DNA of 64,000 nt from Azolla caroliniana (GCA_043228905.1 JBHGNT010000008.1:17174001-17238000), one strand, 5' to 3'; positions 13,322-27,900 are shown, numbered from the stretch's first letter. Made by a program: numbers and translations. The notes: a model not told the origin generated them from the letters alone.

Positions 13322-14066
13322 TGTTGTGCCGTTCAGCTCCGGATCGTTGCGTGAGTCGGGTGGGAACCATTGAGGTTTTGGACTAGGAGAAAGAAGAATA
13401 TGAGATAAGGCTCCTTATGAATGGATTGCAAGAAAAAGAAATATTTTGAAAGAAGATATGAAACTCGTGAATCCCACGAATATATTGTATTAATTGATAC
13501 TTAGAATGTAAGAGAGAAATAGATGGAAAAAATCGTGAATCCCACGAATATATTAGATTGATCAAAATCCTTGTAAAATAATCAACAATCCCCCATACAT
13601 CTTTCTCTCCTCCTTATATAAGGATGGAAGAGGCTAAGCATAGCTTCATGCTTTTTTTTCTAAAGTGTTCATGCACACTAAATGTGCATGAGTTGCCTTT
13701 TTACACTATGCTTTTATTTCCTAAACATAGTGCTCATGCTCGTTAGATGTGCATGAGTCATTTTTTATTGGTGTACATTTTTCTTATAAATAAAGTATTC
13801 ACGCATTCTAAAAAAATGCATGACTTACCTTTTAATAAAGGTAGGTGTAAATAAAGGTCTTATACCTATTAAATCATATTTAGAACACTTAGGATAACTT
13901 AGTACAATGGTAAGGTTGGGGTTTGTCTATGTGGAGGTATAGGGTTTGAATCTTGCCTTATGCACGTAATAAATAATTTTAATATTTTATTTTATTTATT
14001 ATACGTACTTTAAATCGGATATAGTATTTTACATATTTCACGTAGTGTGTGATTCACATTACGACA
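13322..14066 (-). mobile_element. Solo LTR D (E family) in the RT of B
   Basis: TGTTGTG...TACGACA; 4-bp TSD CCGG; colinear with the LTRs of E. Confidence 0.92.
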
Positions 14067-15228
14067 CCGGTCCCAGATGATATGCATCCCCAGTATCTGT
14101 CTTGCCGGACCCAAGTCTTTCATTGAGAAGGTCCGGTTCAGAGCCTTCTTTAGCATCCGTATCTTGACTTGGTCTCGTCCGACGATCAACATGTCATTCA
14201 CGTACAGGAGGAGTATCAGGAAGTCTCCACCTTCAAACTTCTTCACAAATACGCAGTGATTAGCCTTCGTCTTGTGGTACCCTTGATCGGTCATGAAGGA
14301 GTCAAACTTCCGGTACCATTGCCGGGGAGCCTGCTTCAATCCGTAGAGGCTCTTCTTCAACCGGCAAACTAGGTGCTCCTTCCCTTTCTTCACAAATCCC
14401 TCCGGTTGCTGCATGTAGATCTCCTCTTCGAGGTCGCCATGGAGGAATGTTGTCTTCACGTCTAACTGCTCTACGTCGAGGTCCATGCTTGCCACTATGC
14501 TCAACACCGTCCGCATGGAAGTCATCTTTACTACCGGGGCAAATATCTCGTCAAAGTCCACGCCCTTCTTATGCTGGAACCCCTTCACCACGATCCTGGC
14601 TTTGTACCTTGGGGTTTTGCAGGCATCTCCCGGTTTCAACTTGTACACCCACATATTCCAGAGTGCCCGCTTTCCTTTCGGCAACTCCACCAGTTCATAC
14701 GTGTGGTTCTCATGCAGGGAATCCATCTCGTCCTGCATGTTGGGAATCCTTAGCTTCTTCGAAGCTTTCCAACTCCCCCTCATCGGTCAACAACACATGC
14801 TCTGAATCCGGAAATCTCTTGGGGGCTCTTCTTTCTCTGCGAGGGTATCTCCGTCTTTGGCTTTCAGCAACCGACTCTATTTGTTCTTCATCAGAATCCG
14901 ATTCGGGGTCTTGGCCGGTTCCGGTTTCAGCTTCCTCTTCTTCTTCTGCCGGTTCGGTATCCTCACCGTAACCGGCCGGTTCTTCGAGTGTCAACCGACT
15001 CTTAGCCGGGTAGGTCCGAATCTCATCGGTCAGATCCTTATCGGTTGACTCGGAGTTCATTATCTTCTTCTCTGACTCTTGTCCTCCATGAAAATAATAT
15101 CTTGACACCGGAAAACCTTCTTGTCGACCGGGTCCCACACTCAGTACCCGAACTCATCATCACCGTATCCGAGGAATATGCAAGGCCGGAACTTTGGATC
15201 CAACTTTGCTCTCCGGTCCTTTGCAACA

Positions 15229-15644
15229 TGCACGTAAGCGAGACACCCGAACACCTTTAGATGCCGGTAAGACACTTCCTTACCGGTCCACACTCTCTGC
15301 GCTGTGTGTCTGTCCAAGGGCACTGAGTGTGATCTGTTTATCACGTACCTCGATGTCGCCAGCGCCTCAGCCCAAAACGTCTTGGGTAACATTTCATGTG
15401 CCAAGATACTCCGGACCCTCTCCATTATGGTCCGGTTGCACGTAAGCGAGACACCCGAACACCTTTAGATGCCGGTAAGACACTTCCTTACCGGTCCACA
15501 CTCTCTGCGCTGTGTGTCTGTCCAAGGGCACTGAGTGTGATCTGTTTATCATGTACCTCGATGTCGCCAGCACCTCAGCCCAAAACGTCTTGGGTAACAT
15601 TTCATGTGCCAAGATACTCCGGACCCTCTCCATTATGGTCCGGT
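15229..15644. repeat. 208-bp tandem duplication in the integrase of B
   Basis: TGCACGTAAGCGAGACACCCG starts at 15229 and 15437. The copies differ at about 2 positions. Confidence 0.92.
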
Positions 15645-16909
15645 TCATCGTCTCGGCCAGCCCGTTTAGTTCCGGCGTCTTCGGCACGGTGAATTCGAGC
15701 TGGGCAGTACTCTTTGAACTACCCCCGGTATTCTCCTCTGTTATCTGCTCGAACCGCCTTCAGCTTCCATTCAGTTTCTCTTTCCAGTCTTGCGTGGAGG
15801 TCCTTGAAGACAGATAACACCTGATCCTTCGTCTTCAACGGTGTGACCCACAACTTCCGGTTGTGGTCATCTATGAACGTCACAAAGTAATGTGATCTGG
15901 TGTGTGACTTTGTGTCAACTTGACACACATCGGTATGCACCAACTCCAATGGTGCATTATGTCTCTTCGGTGGCCTTGAGCGGAAGGAGGTCCAGTTTTG
16001 CTTATTGGCCAGACAGTCAGTGCACTTTTCAAGATGCACGTCTTTCACCGGAATGAGGTTGTCATCGGCAAGCCTCTTCATCCCCTTCTCGCTCATGTGA
16101 CACAGTCTCTTGTGCCACAGCTCATCGGTAGTGTCGGGAGCAACGTTCACTTCTTCCAGGCTTAACCGGGCATTCATCAGGTACAATGTGTTGACCTTCC
16201 GGGCCTGAGCCACTATCACGCTCCCCTTGCTGAACTTCATGACACCGTTCCGGATGCTACCCGTGTAGCCTTCATCGTCTAGCCGATCGGTTGATATCAG
16301 GTTCAGTCGAACCTCCGGAATGTGTCTGACATCCTCCAGTAGCAACTTGCATCCGGTTGGTGTTGTGAGCCACACGTCTCCTATGCCAACAATTCAGCAT
16401 GTACCTTCATTCCCCATCTGGACACAACCGTGATCACTGGCCGTGTAGGATGAGAAGCATTTCCGGTCCGGGGTCAGGTGGAACGACACTCCGGAATCGA
16501 CAACCCGCATTGTCTCGTCGCCGGCAAGGTTCAACTCACTCTCCTCGGTGATGAACATTAACTTCTATTCACTTGCCGCGATTGCCGTCATTCCCTTCCG
16601 GTCCGGTCCCCTCCGGTCTCCTCCAGTCTTTACCGTTCCGGTCCGGTGATCGCTTCGAATTGGTACTGTCAGTTTCCTTCTCTTTCCGGAAATGCCGACA
16701 ATTCTTATAGAAGTGCCCCGGCTTCCCACAGTAGAAGCAAGTGGGCTTTCCCCTTGATTTTGACCATGTCCCTGACTTTTCCCGGTTTTGGGGACTCCGG
16801 TTCCTTTGTCTTCCGCGTTCCGATTCGGTAAGGAGCGCTGTCGGAGATTACCTCCTTGTCTTTCCGACGCGCCTCCTCATCTAGCAAGCTCGACTTGACC
16901 CTTGCTAGG

Positions 16910-19900
16910 TGATAGAGAAAAATGATAGAGAAGAGAGGAGGAAGAAAAAATAGTGCTTCAATATACTAATAAGAAAAGAATACAATACTCTTATACTCTA
17001 AGAGTAACAAAAACCAAATAACTACTTAAATATAATATTAGACAAAAAAGTCTTTCCTTCTTCACCCTTTCTTCTACTAATGTTCTTATAACCCTCTTAT
17101 TCTTTCTCCCTTCTTCTTATAGATAATCTATCCTTCCCCCTATTGCTAAGAATACCTTCATATTTATAGGTTTCTAGTTGTGTTATTCTTGCTTTTTTCT
17201 TTTTCTTTTCTTTTACATATGCTTTAGTTTATGTGATGCATTTTTCATATCATTATTTCTATTTTATGTTTCTAAATTTATCATAAGGAAAGGTCTCTTT
17301 GTTAGCTTTCTTATGAATCTTTTTTTGAAATTTGAATAAGAGATGCAGAAGTTATGAGCTTTTTTCTCTGCCTTATTATGCATTTTTTTCCTTCTATCTT
17401 TTCTCTTGCTTTTTCTACTTTTGGAAAACGCCTCTAACTTCATATCCCTTCAATTTTCTTCTTCTCTTGACTCTTGAGCCTTTCACATTGTGCTTTATTC
17501 TTATAGAGCTTAGTATTCGATGTATTTGCCACGGTCTTTTCTTACAACAAAAATTGACTTCACATTTAGCCCCAGTCCTTGCTTGTTGAGCGAACCATTA
17601 TGGTGAGCCTGAAAAGGAAAAGAAAATGGGAAAAACTCCTTTGCCTTATGGTAGGTTATAGACAAAGAAGGAGTATAAATACTAAAAATGTAACAACTTA
17701 TTGTGTGAGAAAAACCCCCGTTAAGCAGTGGGAAAAAAATTCACACTCCTACAAAAACATAAATTTAAAATATAACAACGATATTATAATCTCTCCTAAA
17801 CGGAGGATCACGAATTAGTTGGGAAATATGCTTGGGGAAAAATCCACTTCTTGCTCTCCATGATCATTTTCTTGAATGTCCTTATCCATTATAGAAATGT
17901 AGGTAGGTCCCCGATTTACATACTTCTTTAGGCGCCATCCATTCACACGTAGTTCATGAAGAGTCCCATCCATGTCCTTGAGTTGATAACTTCCATTGTC
18001 AAAGCAATCTTGCAGCACCAAAGGTCCTTCCCAACGATTTATCATCTTTTGTCCTTTTATATTGTCAAAATGATTGTCATAGCGAAGTACAAGAGATCCT
18101 TTTGAAAAAGTATATTTTCTTGACCTTTTCTCATAGTACTTCTTCCTCCTCCAAGCCTGTTGCATAGAATGCTCTACTGCTTCCTCCCTTGAATATTGTA
18201 GAATATGGTTTTGTGACAACCTATCCATCTTGCAACATTCTTCATCACGTAGATATGATCTTAAGAGGCTATTGCTTCTAACTTGAAGTTCAATTGGAAA
18301 TAAAGCTTCTTGTCCATATACTAAGAAGAAAGGTGTAAAACTTGTGGATGCCTTATATGATATGCGATAGGCCCATAGAGCATCATCAAGGAACTCATCC
18401 CATGTTCTTATTCTATCAGTGACAAGTTTTTGAAGATTTTTAACCAAAATACCATTTACCTTTTCAACCGCTCCATTAGCTTGAGGATAATAAGGAGTAG
18501 AATACCTATGTTTAATCTTTACCATTTCTAATAAGCAAGCCAACACTTCGCCACGAAAACTTGGACCGTAATCAGATACAATCTCTAGCGGTACACCGAA
18601 TCTTGTACAAATATTTTAGTAGATGAATTGGGCCACATCCCTTGCTTTAATCGAGGATGTTGCTATTGCTTCTACCCACTTAGTCATGTAATCAGTAGCT
18701 ACCAATATGAATTCCTTACCGCTTTGGGTTCTTGGAAGGGGACCCACTGCATCGATTCCCCATTTTTCAAAGGGAGCAAAAACCACAATAGGATGCAAAG
18801 GGCCTGCTTGAAGTTGTCTTCTTCTTGCCTTTTGACAAGCATCACACGACTTGCACCATTCATGTATATCTTTGTGAATAGAAGGCCATGTAAAACCGGT
18901 TAATAAAATTTTTCTCAACATGATATCATGAGAAAAATGCCCTCCACAAGCCTCCTCATGCATCTTTTGTAAGATCTCCATAATTTCCTCCTTAATAGGC
19001 ACTCTTCATAAAACACCATCTTTGCCTTTATGATATAAGTCCTTATCCACCATTATATATTGGGATGCTCTCACCACCAATCGTTTTCTTTGTTTAGAAT
19101 TAAAACCTTTAGGAAAATCACAACCGTCAAGAAACTCACATACCTCCTCAAGAGATGTCACATCTTTACACTCTTCCAAAATGCATATTGTCTCAAGTTT
19201 TAATTTCTTTAGTTGATCTTGAGCAAGTGCATCAGCCTCTTTATTGTCCAAACGACTTACATGTTTCAATTGAACTTTATGGAAACACTTAATTAAAGTT
19301 AGTGCCTCCTTAAAAAACATACGTAAACCATAACTTTGACATTTCCACACTCCTTGAATTTGTTTGATTACCAGAAGAGAATCACCTTTTACAATCAATC
19401 TTCTAATATCCCTTGCTTCACAAATTCGAAGGGCATAGCACAAAGTGGCGTACTATGCTTCATTGTTGGTATTGGCATTGGATAAAATAATACCCTCCGT
19501 GTGCACAATCTCTCCATTAGGGTCTCTAATAACGAGGCCTCCAACCGTTGAATGTGTCGCCTTACGAAACGCTCCATCAAAGAATAACATGAAAGCATCC
19601 TCCATATCTGGTTCAAGAAGCGCATCTCTTATCTTTGTCAATTCCTCCTCCCGAAGGTTTTCTCTAAAAGTGAGAAGATCCGCCAACTCCGCACACATGG
19701 TAGACTCAAGCTTAACCTCAAAATCATATTCAACTAATTGGAGAGCCCATTTCATAATCCTAGCTGACACACTAACATGTTGGATAATATATGTAGTAAG
19801 GGCATACTAGTGATGATTATGAAGTGTTGGGAAATTAGAAAACTCCTAAACTTTTTGCATGCATAAATTAGGGTTAACATCCACTTCTCTGCCATGAAAG

Positions 19901-22900
19901 TCTTTTCCACATCACTTATGGCTCTACTAATAAAGTAAATAGGATGCATAAGTTTATTATGAGGATCTTGTTACATAAGAATAGCACCAATAGCATGAGA
20001 ACTAACACTAAGAGAAAGGAAGAAAGTGGAGCTACTATTAGGAGGCTTAAGGATAGGAGCTTTTGATAATAGATCTCTTATTGTATCAAATTTTTCTTCT
20101 AGAAAAGGATTCCATACAAAGACGTTGGTGCGTAGGATGAATCTAAACGGATAAAGTACTTGGGCTAGCATATGGATAAACCTTTCAAAATAACGCACCT
20201 TTTGTACAAATGTTTCCAATGACTTAATATCTTTCGGGTAAGGTAGAGCTTCGAGTGCTTTAACCTTTGATGGATCCACCTTAATCCCTTGAAGAGATAC
20301 CACATGACCAAGCATCACCACTTCTTTTTCACCAATGTGACACTTGTCGGGGTTGAGTTGTCCTTTGCACTCATCGAGTCTTTTGAAAGCTGCCCTTACC
20401 TTCTCTAGATGATCAATCTTTTTGCTATATATAGCAAAATCATCTATAAACACCCTTACAAACTTTCCAAAAAAGGGTTGAAATACATGAATAGCCAAAC
20501 GATTAAAGGTAAAAACAACATTAGTTAATCCAAAAGGCATACACCTATATGCAAAACAACCCCAAGGAGTAATAAATGTGGTTTTTCTTTGGTCTTCTTT
20601 GGCGATTCTTATTTGAAAATAACCAGAATAACCATCGCAAATGGTGTATAGCTCGTGCCCAGCAATCTCATCCAAAATCTCATCCTAGAAAGGAAGTGGA
20701 AAATGATCTCGTTTGGTTGAAGCATTCAAGGGTTTGAAGTCGACACATACCCGCCATTTCCCATTCTTTTTTGGAACTACCACAACTGGTGACACCCACT
20801 CAGAATCCTCCACTGGGTAAATAAAACCTGCTCTCAACAATGCTTTAACTTCCTTTAAAAGAGCTTCCTTTTGTACCATACCTAACCGACGAAGCTTTTG
20901 AGCAACCGGTACACTTCCTTCCTTTAAATTGATGTGATGCTTGATGACATCTACTCCTCTTATCTACGAATAGTCATTTATGAATAATTTTGGAAATTCA
21001 GAAAGAAGAGAAATAAACCTTTGACGCTCTTCTCCTCGGATATCTTCGGAAATCATCTTCTCTTTCCCCTCCAAGGTAATAATGCTACTTTCTTCTTCAA
21101 TGCCTCCTTCTTCGTCCTTAGACACCACATAGGACGTATTTTCCTCCCAATCCGACAAGGATTCATCACTTGATAAGCTTTCTCTTTCTCGCTCGCTGTT
21201 GTAGGAAGACGATTCTTTCTCCTTTTCACCTTTAATTACTCATTGAAGATGCATGTCGTAAAAGATCTTGAACCCCTCTGATGGTGATAAGGTCATGATG
21301 CCATTTCTCCAATCCTGGATCACTTTTAACTCTTGCATCCAAGGTCTTCCTAATACTAAGGAATAAGATGGCCCTTTAGGAGGTATGACATGAAAATCCA
21401 TGGAAATAGATATACCAAAACATTCGATCACTACATCCTCTATAATTCTCAAACAAGGAACCAAACCCCCATTAGCTACAACTACTTTTGTTGAGGACTT
21501 CTTACAAATGGGAATTCCAATCTTAGTTACTAAAACCTCATATATAAGGCTTATTCTAGCACCACTATCTACCAAGGCATCCTTAATTAAAAAACCTTTG
21601 ATGGTTACCGGGATAGTTGGTTGAATATCCTTTCGATCTTTTACTTGCACAACTCCAACATAATGTAATGTCTTTACGCTCTTTCGTATGCTTGATAGGC
21701 GTCCCCACTCCTTGCGTAGTGATGGAGAAAGTTGGAGAAGTTGTGGCCAACTGATGCGTGGTCCACTAGAGATTAGCTCTTGCTTGAGATCGAACGGTTC
21801 CACACCTTTCCCCATCGGCATATCATCAATTTTTATCTTTCTTCGCGAATGTTTCTTTCTAGGTTCATCCTCCAAGTTAGTCTCCTTAGTCTTCTTCTTT
21901 TGTTGAGAGTTACTAGTCTCTCCTTCCGTTGTTATATTCTTTTGTGATTCCCTAATTCTCTTTATGGGTGCAACATCACATTCTTCATCTGTATCATACA
22001 TAAAGTCAAGAAGATTTACATTAGGGGGAATTGTTGGAATTTGAGTTGAGATGTTTTCCCCTCCCGCCACTTGTGTGTTGAGCTGGTTAATATTATTGTT
22101 TTGATTGCCTTGTAGTTGGTGCATGCCTCGATCCCAACCACCTTGTCGTCGTGAAGGGAAGCGTGTTGATATGTGCCCCTCGACACCACATGTGTAGCAC
22201 ACAACCACTCTTCTTTCCCTTGGAGCATCTCGAGTTTGACTTACATTAAAATTCGCTTGCATTTGTTGGGTTTGTCGAGTAACTTCATCCAAACGCTGAT
22301 TTGATTGCTCCGAGAAATCCCCCTCTAATTTAGATGGAATAGATTCTTGCATTATGGAGGTATTAGATTGACATGTTGTTGGAGATGTCATAAAAACATT
22401 AGGAAACACCTACCCACCATGCAATATCGATGATTGATTAAGAATAGGGGATGCAATTAGATTACCTCCAATTGCTGCGACTGTCGAATCTGCTCCTACT
22501 TGTAGAACCATGATTTGTCTATTGTAAGCTTGACAAGTTTGTAAGAGCACTTGGAAAGTTGTAGGATTCTTTAGATTTGCTTCCAACGCAAAGTGCGAAC
22601 TTAATCCCGCTTTAAAGCGGTCCATCTTAAACCATTCATCCTCTGTACCCCCATGTAATCGAATCCACGTAATCCAAAGGTTGATAAACTCCCTCTCGTA
22701 ATTGTTGTACTCCATCGTTGAGGACATCCGCAAACGAAAGAGTGCCTCTCGCACTTCCGTTGCATTACAGCGTCTAATATACTTCGCTTTAAATTGTTGC
22801 ACCAACAATTGGTAATTGACTTGTTGGTTCATTGGCAAGGACTCATACCAATCCCTTGCTCGTCCATAAAAAGTGGCCACCAATAGAGGAAGCTTCTCCA

Positions 22901-23622
22901 AATCTGTTATCTTCCCTATTGAGACTGCGTGACGTTTGAAGTCGGCCAAGAATGCGCCCGCATCTTTGACCCCATCTCCTGCAAAAGCAAATTGAAAAGC
23001 CATATCGGCTACAAATAAGACCTTCTTATAATACAGACAAAATTGGCCTTTCCTCCGATACGGAAAGAATCGGCCCTCCCTGGAGCGCCAAAATGATGAA
23101 GAGATAGAGAAAAATGATAGAGATGAGAGGAGGAGTAAAAAAGAATGCTTCAATATACTAATAAGAAAAGAATACATTACTCTTATACTCGAAGAGTAAC
23201 AAAAACCAAATAACTACTTAAATATAATATTCGACAAAAAAGTCTTTCCTTCTTCACCCTTTCTTCTACTAATGTTCTTATAACCCTCTTATTCTTTCTC
23301 CCTTCTTCTTGTAGATAATCTATCCTCCCCCCTATTGCTAAGAATACCTTCATATTTATAGGTTTCTAGTTGCGTTATTCTTGCTTTTTTCTTTTCTTTT
23401 CTTTTACATATGCTCGAGTTTATGTGATTCATTTTTCATATCATTATTTCTATTTTATATTTCTAAATTTATCATAAATAAAGCTCTCTTTGTTAGCTTT
23501 CTTATGAATCTTTTTTTTTGAAATTTGGATAAGAGATGCAGAAGTTATGAGCTTTTTTCTCTACCTTGCTTTATTCGATGTATTTGCCACGGTCTTTTCT
23601 TACAACAAAAATTGACTTCACA
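16910..23622 (-). mobile_element. Element N: Tat-like Ty3/gypsy with an additional (archaeal-type) RNase H, in the gag of B
   Basis: LTRs 16910-17564 and 23094-23622; TSD CTAGG; PBS TGGCGCTCCAGGGAGGG (23090-23074). Domain order: Gag (ATG 23003), zinc knuckle CYTCGVEGH, PR (LVDSGA), RT (VFIDD), RH, aRH (LFFDGA..TNNEA..KGDS..HVSRLDNKEADALA), IN (WGIDAVGP, GPY-like WEGP). Several stops. Confidence 0.93.
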
Positions 23623-24921
23623 CTAGGGATAATTGTTTTCCTTCCGGCCCGGAGTTGCCCATCGTGACAACTAACGTCTCCCAGCTATCTAGGAGGGAAC
23701 CAAAGCAAGAGTAGAGTAAGTACCTCATCAGTGAGAGGTACTTCCAATGAGGTTTCTTGATGTATCAACCCCTGGAAGGCATTCATGTGCTCCGCCGTAC
23801 TAGAGCCATCTTGGTACCGAAGCCGCACTAGCTTCCGGAATACCGAAACCCGATTAACAACATTTCTGTTTTGAAACATAATGCCGATCTTCTCCCAGAG
23901 CTCATGAGCCTTACTCTCCTAATTTAAGTTGTTGTACAGGCTCATGTCGATGAAGCACCGTATGTACGTGGTTATCTTCATGTGGATCGCCTCCCATATC
24001 GTGGCATCGATCTTGTCCGGTCTCTTGTCCCTGAACTGAACCGGCAACAAAAGATCTTAAGCCACGAGCATGTCCCTCATCTTCAACTTCCACACTGAGT
24101 AGTTGGAGTCAGTGAGCTTGAACATGCCACGAGATGAATCTTCCATTTTCTATGTTGTTTCGCTTTGATACTAGATTGACACGAAATATGCGGAATATTA
24201 CTCGGCCACAACCGAGTCTCAGATCGTGTCATTTCGAATCGTACACCAAGAATGGGAATGGAGGTGAAAACACATACACACAGACAATATGAGAGAGGGT
24301 ACACGGTATGTTAACGTGGAAAACCCTGAGAGGGAAAAGTCACGGGAGCCCACATATTCCAAACTATCACTATGACAAGGAATACAACAGGGAGCACAGA
24401 GGCAACGACCTCTTGCTCTCAACCTTCGCCTGGCGGCAGTTACAGCAGAGACACACTCTCTGTATCGCTCTCTATCTCTCTCTCTATTACACTTTGTACA
24501 TTAGTTACACCAATAACTCTATACATCATCATCTACCTAAGTGTTTGCCCTAGGTCATATTTATACTAATATGAAATTAGGACTATTTACAAATATAGCC
24601 ACAATGGGCTAACAAAAACATATTTACATATATGTCCCTTCATCTGGTGCGAGGTTCTCATCGGGCCTGCGTCATCTGGTTCTCACCGGGTCTTCCTTGC
24701 CGGATACTCATCATCCGGTTCTCACCGGGCCTTCATCATCCAGTTCTTACCGGGCCTTCATCATCCCATCCGGACGGACCGAAATCCTAACACGTAATGG
24801 CCAAGTCTGTGAAGCCTGTCAAATGGGAAAGCAACACCGACTTCCATTCCCCAATGAGCGTAATCGTAGTCGAAGTCCGCTGGATATGATCCATTCGGAT
24901 GTGTGGGGTCCGGCAACGAAC

Positions 24922-27900
24922 TAACGTGAAATATGCGTGTGCGGAACATCTCGGCCACAACCAAGACTTCAATCACCTCGTCAAAATCACAACTACAGAA
25001 GAAATGGGCAATGAAGGTAAATGCACCTACACACAAACAATATGAGAGAGAGTACATAGTATGTATATGTGGAAAACCCTAAATGGGAAAAACCACGGAG
25101 TCCACAAACTCCAACTATCACTATGTAAGGAGAATACAACAGAGGAACACAGAGGCAACGACCTCTTGCTCTCAATCTTTGCCTGATGGTAGTTACCACA
25201 AAGACACACTCTGTATCGCTCTCTCTCTCTCCCTCTCTCTCTCTCGCTCTGTGTACAACATTTGCACCAATAACTCTATACAATGATACTGACCTCTGTA
25301 CACAATCATACTAGAGTGTTTGCCCTAGGTCATATTTATGCTAATATGACTTTAGGACTATTTACAGATATAGCCCCAATGGTCTCTCAGAAACATATTT
25401 ACATATATGTCCCTCCATCCGGTGAGAGGTTCTCATCGGGCCTACATTATCCAGTTCTCATCAGGTCTTCCTTGCCAGGTACTCATCATCCGATTCTTGA
25501 CGAAAACTACACGCTGCCTATAGGCAGCGCTCGGCCACAACCGAGCTTAGAATCATACACAGAAAACGGGAAATAAAAGCACGACATGAAGAAGAGAAGC
25601 GTACACATGATGTTTACGTGGAAAACCCAAAGAGGGAAAAACCACGGCAGCCCACAGGCTGCAAACTATCACTATGTTAGAATGTACAACAGTGAGTTCA
25701 TGGAGGCAACGACCTCGTGCTCACGATCTTCGCCACAAGCGGCGGTTACAACAAAGGCAACAACCTCTTCCTCTCTCTCTCTCTCTCTCTGTACACAGTT
25801 ACACACTCTGATCTCGCACAGACAACAATAACGACAACAACAACAACTACAAATCTAAAAGTTTGCCCTAAGTCATATTTATACTAATATGACTTTTCAG
25901 CTATTTACAAATATAGCCATGATGGACTCTTAGAAACATATTTACGAATATGTCTCTTCATCCGGTGAGCACTCCTCACCGGGTCTGCACCATCCGACTC
26001 TCCGTAGCCGGGTACTCCTCATCCGGTCTTGACCGGGTCTGCACCATCCGGCTCTCCGTAGCCGGGTTCTCCTCATCCGGTTCTCACCGGGTCTGCACCA
26101 TCCGGCTCTCCGTAGCCGGGTGCTCCTCATCCGGTTCTCACCGGGTCTGCACCATCCAGCTCTCCGTAGCCGGGTACTCCTCATCCGGTTTTGGCCTCGG
26201 CCGAGTTTGTTCATCAACACTGTTCTTCTCCCTTCCCATCCGGAGGGACCTATCTCCCAACATACTCCCCCTTCACTCCGGCATGGGGTGTCTTACTAGT
26301 CCGATCCTCTTCCGGCATGCATCCAGCTTGTCGGGTATCAGCACTTTGGTCGACTCAGAGTTCATTATCTTCATGGTTGTTGTCGGCGAGCATCTTGTCC
26401 TCCATGAAGATAATATCTCGACGCTAGAATACCTTCTTGTCGACCAGGTCCCACACTCGGTAGCCGAACTCATCGTCATCGTAACCGAGGAATATGCATG
26501 GACGGGTCTTTGGATCTAACTTTCCTCTCCGGTCCTTAGCTACATGCACGTACGCGAGACACCTGAACACCTTCAGATGCCGGTAGGATACTTCCTTACC
26601 GGTCCACACTCTCTGTGGCGTGTCTCCGTCCAAGGGTACTGAGGGTGATCTATTTATCACATATGTCGCCGTCGACAGTGCCTCAGCCCAAAACTTCTTG
26701 GGTAGTTCTGCATGCGCTAGCATACTCCGGACCCTCTCCATTATGGTCCGGTTCATCCTCTCGGCCAGTCCATTAAATTCCGGCGTCTTCAGGACGGTAA
26801 ATTCGAGCCAGATTTCCTTCGAGCGGCAGTACTCCTCGAACTGCCCCCGGTATTCTCCTCCGTTATCTGCTCGAACCGCCTTCAGCTTCCGGACGGTTTC
26901 TCTTTCCACTCTCGTGTGGAGCTCTTTGAAGACGGATAGCACCTGATCCTTCATCTTCAACGGTGTGGCCCACAGCTTCCGGCTGTGGTCATCTATGAAC
27001 ATCACGAAGTACTGCGCTCCGGCATGTGACTTCGTGTCTACTTGACACACATCCGTATGCACCAACTCCAGTGGTGCATTACGTCTCCTCGGTGGCCTTG
27101 GTCGGAAGGAGGTCCGGTTTTGCTTACCGGCTAGACAATTAGTGCACTTCTCCAAGTGCACGTTCTTCACTGGAATGAGGTTGTCGTCTGCAAGCCTCTT
27201 CATCCCCTTCTCGCTCATATGACACAGCCTCTTGTGCCACAACTCACCGGCATGGTCGGATGCCACATTCACTTCTTCCGGACATAATCGGGCATTCATC
27301 AGGTACAGTCTGTTGATCTTCCAGGCCCGAGCCACAATCAGGCTCCCTTTGTTGAACTTCATGACACCGTTCCGAATGCTACCTGTGTAGCCTTCATCAT
27401 CTAGCCAACTGGCTGATATCAGGTTCAGACGAACCTCTGGAACGTGTCGGACATCCTTCAGCAGCAACTTGCATCCGGTTGGTGTTGTCAACCAAACGTC
27501 TCCTATGCCGACAATTTGGCATGTACCTTCATTCCCCATCCGGACACAACCGTGATCACCGGCTGAGTAGGATTAGAAGCATTTCCGGTTCGGGGTAAGG
27601 TGGAACGACGCTCCGGAGTCGACCACCCAGGTTATCTCATCGCCGGCAAGGTTTATCTCACTCTCCTCGGTGATGAGCATCAACTCTTCTTCACTTGCCG
27701 TGATTGTCGTCGTTCCCTTCCGATCCAGTCCCCTACGGTCTTTACCGTTTCGGTCCGGTGTCCGCTTCGAATCGATGCCATCGGTTTCCTTGTCTTTACG
27801 GAAATGCCGACAGTTCTTCTGGAAGTGTCCCGGCTTGCCGCAATAGAAGCAAGTAGGCCTCCCCCTTGACTTTGACTGTGTCCCTGACTTCTCCCGGTTC

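Larger units (their letters stand above)
11944..24792 (-). mobile_element. Element B: Ty1/copia inserted in the integrase of A
   Basis: LTRs 11944-12472 and 24177-24792; TSD CGTAA; mutated iMet PBS at ~24162-24173; PPT at 12473-12483. Gag-PR-IN-RT-RH fragments lie on the minus strand. Confidence 0.93.

Noticed and set aside
22404-22420. In-frame TAG between two gag ORFs of N as programmed readthrough
   Set aside because: It lacks a CARYYA context, lies before the zinc knuckle, and the element has many other stops. A CAG>TAG mutation is more likely.
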